Origin: Dehalococcoidia bacterium | GTDB taxonomy: Bacteria; Chloroflexota; Dehalococcoidia; Lucifugimonadales; UBA1123 | Length of the DNA: 64,000 bases | Assembly: GCA_965208795.1 (NCBI GenBank) | Contig: CBDBPQ010000001.1 | Location: 21,895 to 85,894 of the forward strand | Direction of reading: 5' to 3' | Part shown: positions 1-8,597 of the stretch, in pieces | Position numbering within the stretch: position 1 is the stretch's first letter | Layout: each line of letters opens with the position of its first letter | Notes under the pieces: model-generated | What the model was told of the DNA's origin: nothing | Seen by the model: only the letters and a program-made list of their open reading frames with translations | Database searches by the model: none | Program-made: the position numbers and the translations under genes

Positions 1-1
1 C

Positions 2-337
2 GAGGACCACGACGGCAGCCTCCACATATCTCTGGTGCGCAACGACGCGCCGCTTGGCTTATCCGCAATCGGCTTGGACTACGATACCCTTGTTGAGTGG
101 GACACCGACAAATCGCTTGAGAACCGCATCGAGTACGGTGGAAGCCGCTACTTCTACCGCAATAGCTACGAGGCGATGTACCACCGGGGCGACGAGCGTG
201 AGGGCTTCTACGTCTGGGAGTTCCCCCGCGAAGACGAAGGCGGCGCTATCACCATCGTCAAGTGGGAAGGGCTGCCATTCGAGGTATATGAATCAATCGT
301 ACTCTCCCCACACCTCGTTACCGTCTATCACAAGTAA
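2..337 (+). CDS. hypothetical protein, 5' end cut by window edge
   Basis: The frame of ORF 35..337 stays open back to base 2 (EDHDGSLHISL...). Stop TAA at 335-337. No recognisable motif. Confidence 0.4.
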   Translation, partial: EDHDGSLHISLVRNDAPLGLSAIGLDYDTLVEWDTDKSLENRIEYGGSRYFYRNSYEAMYHRGDEREGFYVWEFPREDEGGAITIVKWEGLPFEVYESIVLSPHLVTVYHK

Positions 338-345
338 CCCCAAAT

Positions 346-472
346 CCCTTCCCCCTCGACGGGCTGACAGGGATCGTATGGTATAGAATTGTTGAAAATT
401 AGCGCGCCAAGTCCCTTCCTCCGTCAATGGGGAAGGTTAGAGCCTGCCCCGCGAAGGCGGGGGATGAGGGGT
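346..472 (+). repeat. composite intergenic repeat: R1 half-site + 44-nt spacer + long-variant R1 hairpin element
   Basis: cccttccccctcgacgggCTGACA (346-369), a 44-nt spacer, then aagtcccttcctccgtcaatggggaaggttag + nested hairpin gcctgccccgcgaaggcgggggat + gaggggt. The same architecture and spacer length recur at 53995..54111. Confidence 0.75.
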
Positions 473-498
473 AAATTCCCCTACACGTGAGGATAGCC

Positions 499-1386
499 AT
501 GGTTGAAGCATTCGTAAACGTATTCGAGCAGATACCGCGCGGCTTGGTCTATGTCGTCGTGAGCGTGGTGGTTCTGGCAATCGCGCGTCTCGTACAGGAC
601 TTCATGACGCCGTATCACATCCAGGAGCAGTTAGACCGCAAAGACAACGTAGCCCTCGCCGTCAGCATCGCCGGCTACTACTTCGGCGTTATCATCATCA
701 TGCTGGGCGCGCTCTACGAGCCGTTCCGGCTGATAGCCGACGACACGCTGGGGTTCAGCGCCGCTTACTGGCAGGACGTCGCCCTGGTGTTCGGATATTC
801 GATAGCCGGGATAATCATCCTCAACATCGCGCGGATAGTCGTGGATAAGCTGGTGCTGCACGAGTTCAGCGCCGAGGAGGAGATAATCGAAGACCAGAAC
901 GCCGGCACGGGGGCGGTCGAGTTCGCCGTCTATGTCGCCGTCGGCTTGGTCATAGCCGGCGCCATATCGGGCGACAGCGGAGGTCCCGATACCGCCGCGG
1001 CGTTCTTGGCGCTTGGACTGATCACCCTCATCGTCTATGCCCTGGTGTACGAGTGGACCACGTCGTTCGACATCCACGAGCAGATCGTCCAGGACAACGT
1101 CGCCGTTGGCGTCGCGCTGGCGGGCAATCTAATAGCCATAGGCATCGTCGTATTCAAGGCGGTCTTCGGTGAGTTCGTGGGCTGGACTGAGAGCCTCGCC
1201 GCGTTCGCAACCTACGCGGTGGTGGGGTTCGTGCTGCTGTACGCCGTCCGCTTCGTGGTGGATAAGCTGCTGTTCCCCAAGGTCAGCCTCGCGGACGAAC
1301 TGGCCGTGGACCGGAATTTGGGCGCGGCGTTCATAGAAAGCGCGTCCCTGATTTCCGTCAGCCTAATCCTCTTCTTTGCCATCTAG
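499..1386 (+). CDS. integral membrane protein with four DUF350-like repeats
   Basis: Four repeats of a TM-helix / acidic loop / (D/Q)N(V/A)A / TM-helix pattern (EQLDRKDNVALAVSIAG, EDQNAGTGAVEFAV, QIVQDNVAVGVALAG, AVDRNLGAAFIESA). ATG 499 is preceded by GAGGA. GTG 487 is an alternative start. Confidence 0.6.
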   Translation: MVEAFVNVFEQIPRGLVYVVVSVVVLAIARLVQDFMTPYHIQEQLDRKDNVALAVSIAGYYFGVIIIMLGALYEPFRLIADDTLGFSAAYWQDVALVFGYSIAGIIILNIARIVVDKLVLHEFSAEEEIIEDQNAGTGAVEFAVYVAVGLVIAGAISGDSGGPDTAAAFLALGLITLIVYALVYEWTTSFDIHEQIVQDNVAVGVALAGNLIAIGIVVFKAVFGEFVGWTESLAAFATYAVVGFVLLYAVRFVVDKLLFPKVSLADELAVDRNLGAAFIESASLISVSLILFFAI

Positions 1387-2156
1387 CCCCTCAAAAGCCG
1401 AATCGAGCCGCCGCCGCCCGTGAAACCGCTCCCGCTGCGACTCAGCGAGCTTGAGCGGCTCGTGCTGCCCCAGCTGGAGCGCACGCCCGTCGAGCTGGAC
1501 TTGAAAGACCCGGTCGTCTTCTGGGAGCTCAGATACTTCTGCCGGGACGAGCTTACATTCTTCGACGCCTGATCGTATTGAGAACCCGCGAACGTCTTCT
1601 GCTTGTTGAAGTAGTTGGAGTTCTTCGATACTTGGCTCCGGTAACTGCTCGAATTGCGGTACTGCGTCCGGTTGCGGTCGATGGTGTCGTAGCGATTGAC
1701 GGGCGTGTAATAGGCGTACCGCGGCCCCGTGAGACTGCTGACGATTAGGTAGGTGAACAGGAAATCGCCCGCGCCAAAGCCGTGGTGATAGTAGCTGTTG
1801 GCGCCGTAGCCGCGCATATCATGTTGGCCGTTGTCCTCCACGATGGAGAACAGTCTGTCGTCCTCGGAATCTTCGATCGCCTTCGATTTGTTGAGGTCTT
1901 CCCAGCCTTCCAGCAATGTGCGGCTGCCGTCCTGCTCGACGCGGATCAGCACGATGCCGTCGCCCTCGTATATCTTGTTCACGCGGTCCTCGAAGTCCGT
2001 CGGGCTCGTCGCGTCCTTGAACGCCTCCTGCACGGCGTCCAGGTTTATGCGCCCGGCCGCCCCGTCCGTTTCCGCCCACTGTTCATAGCTCGGACCCGAA
2101 TCACAAGCGGCCGCGACGGGCGCGGCAAGAAGTGTCGCGCCTGCCAGCAGCGCCAT
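1383..2156 (-). CDS. lipoprotein with Ser/Gln/Lys/Asn-rich low-complexity C-terminal tail
   Basis: Internal ATG at 2156 gives MALLAGATLLAAPVAAAC (signal + lipobox Cys). The longer ORF to 2321 would overlap the upstream gene. The tail is ...SSSYRSQVSKNSNYFNKQKTFAGSQYDQASKN...SSSLSRSGSGFTGGGG. Confidence 0.55.
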   Translation of the reverse strand: MALLAGATLLAAPVAAACDSGPSYEQWAETDGAAGRINLDAVQEAFKDATSPTDFEDRVNKIYEGDGIVLIRVEQDGSRTLLEGWEDLNKSKAIEDSEDDRLFSIVEDNGQHDMRGYGANSYYHHGFGAGDFLFTYLIVSSLTGPRYAYYTPVNRYDTIDRNRTQYRNSSSYRSQVSKNSNYFNKQKTFAGSQYDQASKNVSSSRQKYLSSQKTTGSFKSSSTGVRSSWGSTSRSSSLSRSGSGFTGGGGSIRLLRG

Positions 2157-2244
2157 GGTCTTCTTGGTGGTTCTGCGTCTGTTCACTTCGTATCCTTGCC
2201 CATCATCGGTGCTATCGCCCAATATCGCCAATATCTTCGGATCC

Positions 2245-4767
2245 TCAACCCAGCAGCGCCGCAAGCTCATCCGGCAGCGCCTCAATATGATTGTCGCCCA
2301 TCGGAAGAGAATCCGCAACATCCGTACCCACTAGCATCGCGCGTATCGTCCTGTCTCCTACCTCATCCCAGTATGGGGCGCGACTGTCCCCTATCCATCC
2401 TGACAGATCGCTAACCGCCGAGCGCCGCGAGCCTCCGCCGAGCGCCGCTGACAGCGCCATATCCTGCATGGATGCCAGACGCGCGGGCCACAGATCGTCA
2501 GCGGCGCGCAGGCAGGCGTCGGCTGCGGCGAGCGTGAGCCGCTTCGCGCCCAGCCTGTCCCGGTGAATCCGAAACCGCCGCATGGCCGCGTCCGTCAGCG
2601 CCCGTCGAGCCTCCACCGGCGTCGAGTCGTCGAACACGCCGATGTCTATGCCGAACCCGTGCCACAACCCGTCAGACACGATGGCGAATCGGGTAGCGTA
2701 CTCGCCGCGCTGATCATCCAGTTCAGACGTCCAGCGACCCACCCAATCAGACACCATCCGCTCCACCAGTTGCGCGGGTTGCCGCGATCCCATAAGCTCC
2801 CGGCGCGTCGCGTAGTGAGCGCGACACTCCGATTCGATTGCCGCCTCGAACTCCGACATCGCCTCAGCCGTCGCCGCGCCCTGCGTCTCGATATCCGCCT
2901 GCGCCGCTCTCAAGATGCGCCGGACCTCCGGCCCGGACACCGACGCCTCCCCCTCGCGCCTCAGCGCCAGCAGGTCGCCCTGGCGTCTTGAGAACGCGAG
3001 CGCCGGGTCGTTGACGTACACCATCATCTTGGACGCGCCGAAGCCGCCCTGCCGTCCCGTCCTGCCGCGAAGCTGACGCTCGACCCGCGCCGAACGCGGC
3101 AGCGACGCGATAAGCGCGAACAACCCCAGCGCCACTGCGTCGTCCGGACGCTCGCCGTCGTCAGCCCCCCTATCGACGCTGTCGGCGCCAAGGCGCGACG
3201 CGATCATCGAATCCACCTTGGAGTCGACAATGATGTCCGTCCCGCGTCCCGCCATGCCGGTCGAAATCGTAACCGCGCCGAACTCTCCGGCGGCGGCGAC
3301 TATCTCAGGCTCGTACTCAGGATTCGCCGCATTGAGCAGCCGGCGCTCGACTCCACGTTCACATAACGCGGCGCTTATGGCGGCGGATTCTCCCACCGTT
3401 CCGGCAGCCACCAGCGTCGGACGCCCCAGTCTGTTCCAGCTACATACCTCGTCGCACAGCGCGCGCAAGTGCGTCTCCCGGTCGAAGTACACCGTCGCGC
3501 CCAGATCCACGCGCCGCGACTCGACTTCAGGCGGAACCCTCACCGTCTCCACGCCGTAATCCCGCGCGAGCGTGTCTGCCTCCTCTAGCGCGGTGCCTGT
3601 AAGCCCGGATACCGTTCGATAGTTCGACATCAGGGCCCGGATGGTCGTTCGCGCCCGCGCCGGCGCGCGCCTATGCGCCTCCAGCTCCTCCTTCGCCTCC
3701 AACGCCTCGTGAAGCCCGTCCATGTAGCGATGCGACGGCATGGGCCGTCCGTCCAGACGGTCCACCAGCGTAACGCTGTCGTCGCCAACCACGTAATCCG
3801 TATCCGCGTCGTGGACTACGTAGGCGTTGAGTGTCTGGACCACCTCGAATGCCCCAAATGTGTCAAAAGTCCGGTCGCCCCCATTGTCATATGGGGCAAG
3901 ACGCTCCAATACCATGTCCCAGCCGCGCTCCGTAAGCCTAAGCCCAGAGCCGCCCAATCCACCCAATCCGTACGACCCGACAGCGTACAGCAAGTCGCGC
4001 TCCAACAGACTGCCATCGTCCTCGTCATTCAGCCGAGAAAGCTCTGTCATCACCTGGCGGGGCGGCGTTACAAGCGTGTCCAGCGTAGAGGCAAGCCTAC
4101 CTGTCAGCCCTCCTGCAAGCAGGATCGTCGCCAGCAGCCTCGAGTCGCCATTGCCCCTGTCTGGCTCGGTCTCCAGACAGTCATAAAGCGCGTCCACGTA
4201 TTGAGCCTGTCGTTCTATCATCTCGACCGCAAGCGTCTGGCAATCCTCGCCCAGCGTAGAGTCGCCAAGCGGTTCGCCCGAAATTATCAACGGAGTCCTA
4301 GCTTGGTCTATCAGAAGGTGGTCCGCCTCATCCACGATAGTGACGTCGAAACTCGGCTCTACGCGATGGTCTGGCGACGCGGCAACGCTGTCGCGCAGAT
4401 AGTCGAAGCCCACCTCCCGCGCCGTCGTGAACACTATCTGCGCCGCGTACCGCATCCTGCGCTCGTCGCGGCTCAGATCGTCCGTAACCAGGCCGACGCT
4501 AATGCCCAGCGACTCCAGCGCCGGCCTCAGCGTCTCATAGTCGCGGTTTGCTAGGTAGTCATTAGCGGTCAGTACGTGGACGCGCCTGTCCGACGACGCG
4601 AACTCAGCCGCCGCCATCGCGGCTGCAAGCGTCTTCCCCTCGCCGGCGTCCATCTCTACGACCACGCCACGCAGCAACAGCTTGGACGCGGCGACCTGCT
4701 GCTCCGTCGGCGTGAGACCCAGGTGGCGCCTCACTTGACGATAAATGGCATCGGCTACTCGGCTCAC
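2245..4767 (-). CDS. SecA-family motor ATPase paralog (N-terminally and C-terminally shortened)
   Basis: Aligns by eye to SecA across NBD1, NBD2 and the scaffold region. NBD1: MDAGEGKT Walker A, VLTANDYLANRD, TAREVGFDYLRD, IVDEADHLLIDQARTPLIISG. NBD2: GLTGTA, TGMAGRGTDI, QLRGRTGRQGGFG. Scaffold: AADDLWPARLASMQDM. GTG start overlaps the upstream stop (GTGA). Confidence 0.8.
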   Translation of the reverse strand: MSRVADAIYRQVRRHLGLTPTEQQVAASKLLLRGVVVEMDAGEGKTLAAAMAAAEFASSDRRVHVLTANDYLANRDYETLRPALESLGISVGLVTDDLSRDERRMRYAAQIVFTTAREVGFDYLRDSVAASPDHRVEPSFDVTIVDEADHLLIDQARTPLIISGEPLGDSTLGEDCQTLAVEMIERQAQYVDALYDCLETEPDRGNGDSRLLATILLAGGLTGRLASTLDTLVTPPRQVMTELSRLNDEDDGSLLERDLLYAVGSYGLGGLGGSGLRLTERGWDMVLERLAPYDNGGDRTFDTFGAFEVVQTLNAYVVHDADTDYVVGDDSVTLVDRLDGRPMPSHRYMDGLHEALEAKEELEAHRRAPARARTTIRALMSNYRTVSGLTGTALEEADTLARDYGVETVRVPPEVESRRVDLGATVYFDRETHLRALCDEVCSWNRLGRPTLVAAGTVGESAAISAALCERGVERRLLNAANPEYEPEIVAAAGEFGAVTISTGMAGRGTDIIVDSKVDSMIASRLGADSVDRGADDGERPDDAVALGLFALIASLPRSARVERQLRGRTGRQGGFGASKMMVYVNDPALAFSRRQGDLLALRREGEASVSGPEVRRILRAAQADIETQGAATAEAMSEFEAAIESECRAHYATRRELMGSRQPAQLVERMVSDWVGRWTSELDDQRGEYATRFAIVSDGLWHGFGIDIGVFDDSTPVEARRALTDAAMRRFRIHRDRLGAKRLTLAAADACLRAADDLWPARLASMQDMALSAALGGGSRRSAVSDLSGWIGDSRAPYWDEVGDRTIRAMLVGTDVADSLPMGDNHIEALPDELAALLG

Positions 4768-6068
4768 GGCGCGTCCCCGTCACGCTCTCTAAGGTCTGTC
4801 AGGCTGTTCGCCTTGCGTTCCTCGAGAAGCTCTGAGATCGGCCTGAACTCGAAGCGCAAATCCAGCAGTCCGCTGTCCGCCAGAAACTCGATGTCCGCGT
4901 GGTCCGCCATGATAGCCTGCATCATGGCGTCTTGCCCCGCGCCCCGTCCGGTCCGGTTGCTGTCTGCCACGCGCAGCGTCATGACTTCCCTGGTTTGCTC
5001 CGTAGTCAACGTTGCTTGCAGCGGTCCGTCCAAGCCCGAACGCTGAAGGCTGTCGAGCAGCGCGCCGTGATGAATCTTCGAGCCGAGTATGGACGCGAAC
5101 ATCCCAGACCGCCCCAGCACGTCCACCCTGGGGTCGTCCAACCCGCACGCGCACCGGCCAGGGAGAACGCGAACGAGGTCGCCTAGCCTGTACCGTAGCA
5201 GTGGCAGCCCGCGCTGTTCGAGCGTCGTCGCTATCAGATCTCCCTCTCCGTCCCGATCATGCCTCCGTGTGTCCAACTCGAACACATGCCGAGACGACAT
5301 GAGGTGGACCCCGGCGTGTGACCGGCACTCGATCCCGATGGCAGACGTCTCGCTCGTCCCGTAGTACGAAAAGACCTCGGCGCCAAGTTCATCCTCCACG
5401 ATCGCCCTCTCGCGCGCGCTCATCCCCTCGCCGATATATATGATGGAATGGATCGAGCGAACCGGATTCCTTCGCATCCCTCCGAGCAGCCGCCGTATGA
5501 TGGATGGAACGCTCACCAGTGCTGTTGGTTCTAGCCGCGCCAGCAGCCGCGCGCAATCCTCGAAATTCGCGCCCACGCTGACACAGTACGCCTCTCTCGT
5601 TCCAAGCGTCTCGCAAGCGCGTGGAAACGACACCATCACAGCCGCCGGGTCCGTGTCCACGCACGCCACGCGATCCCGTTCGCCGATACCCGCCACCGAC
5701 AGCAGATACGCCAAAAACTCATGCTCGGCGACGTTGTCCGAGTGCGTAATGAACCGCACCTTCTGACCGCCCGCGCTGCCCGAAGATGTCTCCGTGTCCA
5801 CGATGGACCGCCCGATAGATGATCCGATGGACACCGCCTCGCCCGATAGCGTCCTCGCGGCGTCCGCCCCTATTATCGGTAGGCGTCTCAGAGTGCTTAT
5901 AGGATCGTCGAGAAGTATGTCCGCGCGGCTGACGCCGGCGTCGCGGAAGTTGCGGGCGTAGGTCGGGCGAGTGTCCATGCAATGCAGAAGCATATCGCGC
6001 ACCGCGGATGCGTAGGAGAGAGGTGAGATTATCCGAACGCCGCCATCTGAGTCTAGCGTACTTGCCAT
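4764..6068 (-). CDS. adenylate-forming ligase, PaaK / coenzyme F390 synthetase / CapK-like
   Basis: P-loop-like TSSGSAGGQK, YYGTSETS, LLRYRLGDLV, GRSGMF...G.KI C-terminal lid. 434 aa, as in phenylacetate-CoA ligase-type enzymes. Confidence 0.7.
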   Translation of the reverse strand: MASTLDSDGGVRIISPLSYASAVRDMLLHCMDTRPTYARNFRDAGVSRADILLDDPISTLRRLPIIGADAARTLSGEAVSIGSSIGRSIVDTETSSGSAGGQKVRFITHSDNVAEHEFLAYLLSVAGIGERDRVACVDTDPAAVMVSFPRACETLGTREAYCVSVGANFEDCARLLARLEPTALVSVPSIIRRLLGGMRRNPVRSIHSIIYIGEGMSARERAIVEDELGAEVFSYYGTSETSAIGIECRSHAGVHLMSSRHVFELDTRRHDRDGEGDLIATTLEQRGLPLLRYRLGDLVRVLPGRCACGLDDPRVDVLGRSGMFASILGSKIHHGALLDSLQRSGLDGPLQATLTTEQTREVMTLRVADSNRTGRGAGQDAMMQAIMADHADIEFLADSGLLDLRFEFRPISELLEERKANSLTDLRERDGDAP

Positions 6069-6069
6069 C

Positions 6070-7374
6070 TCACCGCTCCGTCCCCATGGGCCTCCGCGCT
6101 GAGACCGGGTCTATCCCCGCCCTCAGGGCCGCCGCCACCCCCGTCGCCTCCCAGTAGTTCTCAACCAGGAAGAACTGCCCGTCGGCCCAGGGCAGCGCCG
6201 ACAGGTCGTTCCGCATCAGATTTCGATTCTCGCGGACGGCGATTACGGGAATCCCCTGCCGCAGCGCGGCGAGCGTTGGCAGACCCAGGCATCCGTCCGG
6301 CATCACCAGGCACGAAACGTCCTCCGCCCACAGCGTATCGGAGCGTCCGAACCGCGCCGCGCCGGGTTCGGTGAGCGGTACGATGCGCGGCGCTCGCTGC
6401 AAGCCCTTCAACACCGACTGGAAGAACGTTATGGATATGATCTCAGCCGCCATCCTCGCATCCACGATGCCCGGATCGACGGCCGCTATGTCGTCCGACT
6501 CCATCATCGGCGCGTGCGCCGCCGGGACGTCCAGCGCCGCCGACACCGCATGAGTCAGGAGCGCCTCGACTCCGCCCCACGGATTCACCATCTCGCCGCC
6601 GCTCGTAAAGTAGTCGAAGTGGTAGCGCTCCGGAACTTCCACTACCGACGCCAGCGCGACGGCATCGTAGCTGTCGCGCCTGTCTAACAGCAGCTCGATC
6701 AGGCCTTCGAACCCATCTACGCTGCCCGAGGCGCGTCCCGCGTCGGTGTAGCTGCCCGTCAGCTTCAGTGGCGGCTCGATCCTGGCGATGCCCGCGCACC
6801 GCAGCCCATACGTCGCGCGCGCCGCGTTGACCGCGTTCACCGTATAACCCGCATACCGCTCGCTGTAAGAGGCGTCCATCACTACCAGAACTCGGTTGGA
6901 TCGCGCGCGGCGCAGCCCAACCGTACCCATGAGCAGACGCGATAGCACGCTCCCTTCCACGTACAACCCGTTGGCGGGCAGTTCGTTGATGTCCGATGCG
7001 TTGACCACGTTCGGATGCGTAATCAGCGTGTCCGCCACCTGCGCCATGGCGATGGCCGCCGGCGTCGCATCCCCGGCGTGTCCGCCAATCTCCGCGCCGA
7101 TGCCCGTAGGCGCCACGAATGCGATGTTGAACTCCGCCTGCGCTTCGAACTCGCGTCGCCTGAACTCGAACAACGGCGCGACAGGGTAGGGGGCATCGCC
7201 TTCGATGACGCCCAACTCGCACTGCCACCCGTTCGCCCCGGAGTCAGTAACCGCGAACCGCACCGGCGTCGCGCCGGACAGCGCGGCGTTCACGCCTGCT
7301 CCGAGCGCGTCGAAGTCTGCGGCGGAAAACCCCGCCCCGGATGGCATGGTGACGGCGCGTTCAAGCAATCGCAA
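6070..7374 (-). CDS. conserved-looking protein of unknown function (APTGIGAEIGGHAGDA motif; possibly DUF3326-like)
   Basis: 434-aa ORF with tight 1-nt spacing to the downstream gene. The motif FVAPTGIGAEIGGHAGDATP...ITHPNVVNASD weakly recalls DUF3326; this is unverified. Start is TTG 7374 or ATG 7347. Confidence 0.5.
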   Translation of the reverse strand: MRLLERAVTMPSGAGFSAADFDALGAGVNAALSGATPVRFAVTDSGANGWQCELGVIEGDAPYPVAPLFEFRRREFEAQAEFNIAFVAPTGIGAEIGGHAGDATPAAIAMAQVADTLITHPNVVNASDINELPANGLYVEGSVLSRLLMGTVGLRRARSNRVLVVMDASYSERYAGYTVNAVNAARATYGLRCAGIARIEPPLKLTGSYTDAGRASGSVDGFEGLIELLLDRRDSYDAVALASVVEVPERYHFDYFTSGGEMVNPWGGVEALLTHAVSAALDVPAAHAPMMESDDIAAVDPGIVDARMAAEIISITFFQSVLKGLQRAPRIVPLTEPGAARFGRSDTLWAEDVSCLVMPDGCLGLPTLAALRQGIPVIAVRENRNLMRNDLSALPWADGQFFLVENYWEATGVAAALRAGIDPVSARRPMGTER

Positions 7375-8593
7375 GGGATTTTACCCCGTTTCGCGCCGCG
7401 AACTCGCCGTAGTCGTACTCGGACATCAACTCGAAAGTCCCGTCGGCCCGCATCAGGTACGCCGAAGGAATTGGGATGCCATTGAAGGCCGCGGCGCGCG
7501 CGTGGCTGTATGATCCGGAGTCCAGAATCGCCACCCGGTCGCCAAGACGCAGCCGTCCCGACAAGTAGTACTCGCCGAATACGTCGCCCGCCAGACACGA
7601 CCTCCCCGCGAGAACCGTCATGTGCCGGTCCCAACGGTCGCCTGTTTCCGAATGCTCTCCGCCTTCAGGATAGATGCGAGGCGTGAATCCATACTCGAAG
7701 ACCTCCGGCATATGGCTCGTCGAGGCGTCCAGAACCGCAACGTCCTTGCCGTCGCTCTCGAACACGTCTAGAGCCTCCGTCACAAGCACCCCCGCATTCT
7801 GTACTAGCGACGTCCCCGGCTCCACGAACGCGTCCGCCCCATGCTCCGCCCTGAGTAGGCTCGCCACACGCGCCAGCGGCTCCGCGTCCGTGCCTTGCCC
7901 AAAGTAGTATCCGCCCCCGAGATTCACCCAGCCCAATTCGGATAATCCGTCCAATCTGCCGAGCACAGGCCAAATTGCATCGAACGTGTCCGCAAGCTCC
8001 TTTAGATCGTCCGACTCGCAATTGTTATGAATGTGTATTCCCTCTATTCCACTTGGCGCGCCCTGCTCCAGCACGGCGAGATCGTACAGAGACGCCCCCA
8101 GCTTGGAATGTGGACGGCACGGATCGTACCGCCGTTCGGCAACCAGGCTCACCCCCGGATTGATCCGCAGCCCAAGCGACGCGCCGCCACCAATAGCCGT
8201 CGCCATCGCAAGCTGCGCCACCGAGTTCAGAGACAGATAATCGGCCAGAGACGCCACCTCCTCCATCTCCTCCGCTCCAAACGCGGGTGAGTAGCAGTGA
8301 ATCGTCTGCCCCGGCAGCCTCACGCTCTCAGCGGCGCGCGCCTCGAACGCCGAGCTTGCCGCGAACCCGTCCAAGTACGGAGCGAGCGTCTTCATCACCC
8401 CCCACAGCCCGCATGCCTTGAGCGTGTACAGCAGCCCGCACCCGGCGGCGTCCGCGACCTTGCGCGCGTCCGACGCGGCGGCGCGCAGCATGGTCTCGGA
8501 GTACACGTAAGCCGGCGTGACAGGAGCGCGCAGCGCGGCTGCCTGTACGGCTAACGCCTCCATGCCCATTCGATCGTCCATGCGTTCCCTCAT
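7361..8593 (-). CDS. PLP-dependent decarboxylase, carboxy(nor)spermidine decarboxylase (NspC)-like
   Basis: PAYVYSE N-terminus, LYTLKAC (PLP Lys), GIHIHNNCES, NLGGGYYF, EPGTSLV, GRSCLAGDVFGEY. The pattern is closer to NspC than to LysA. Confidence 0.6.
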   Translation of the reverse strand: MRERMDDRMGMEALAVQAAALRAPVTPAYVYSETMLRAAASDARKVADAAGCGLLYTLKACGLWGVMKTLAPYLDGFAASSAFEARAAESVRLPGQTIHCYSPAFGAEEMEEVASLADYLSLNSVAQLAMATAIGGGASLGLRINPGVSLVAERRYDPCRPHSKLGASLYDLAVLEQGAPSGIEGIHIHNNCESDDLKELADTFDAIWPVLGRLDGLSELGWVNLGGGYYFGQGTDAEPLARVASLLRAEHGADAFVEPGTSLVQNAGVLVTEALDVFESDGKDVAVLDASTSHMPEVFEYGFTPRIYPEGGEHSETGDRWDRHMTVLAGRSCLAGDVFGEYYLSGRLRLGDRVAILDSGSYSHARAAAFNGIPIPSAYLMRADGTFELMSEYDYGEFAARNGVKSLAIA

Positions 8594-8597
8594 GCGT

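Noticed and set aside
54-386. 110-aa ORF overlapping 35..337 in another frame
   Set aside because: Its Ser/Thr/Ala/Arg-rich composition is typical of an off-frame. The alternative frame is open to the window edge and has a more protein-like composition.
364-389. Promoter call for CTGACA-14-TAGAAT, and for the twin TTGACA-14-CAGAAT at 54014-54039
   Set aside because: Not annotated as promoters because the 14-nt spacer is too short for a standard sigma70 promoter. They are kept only as an observation within the composite-repeat finding.
2157-2321. Upstream extension of the lipoprotein ORF overlapping the SecA-like gene end
   Set aside because: The extension is Arg/Cys-rich with no signal-peptide logic. 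Internal ATG 2156 yields a clean lipoprotein signal.
2245-4767. Simple annotation as housekeeping secA
   Set aside because: Not adopted because of the missing N-terminal and C-terminal segments and the tight coupling to enzyme genes. It cannot be excluded without the rest of the genome.
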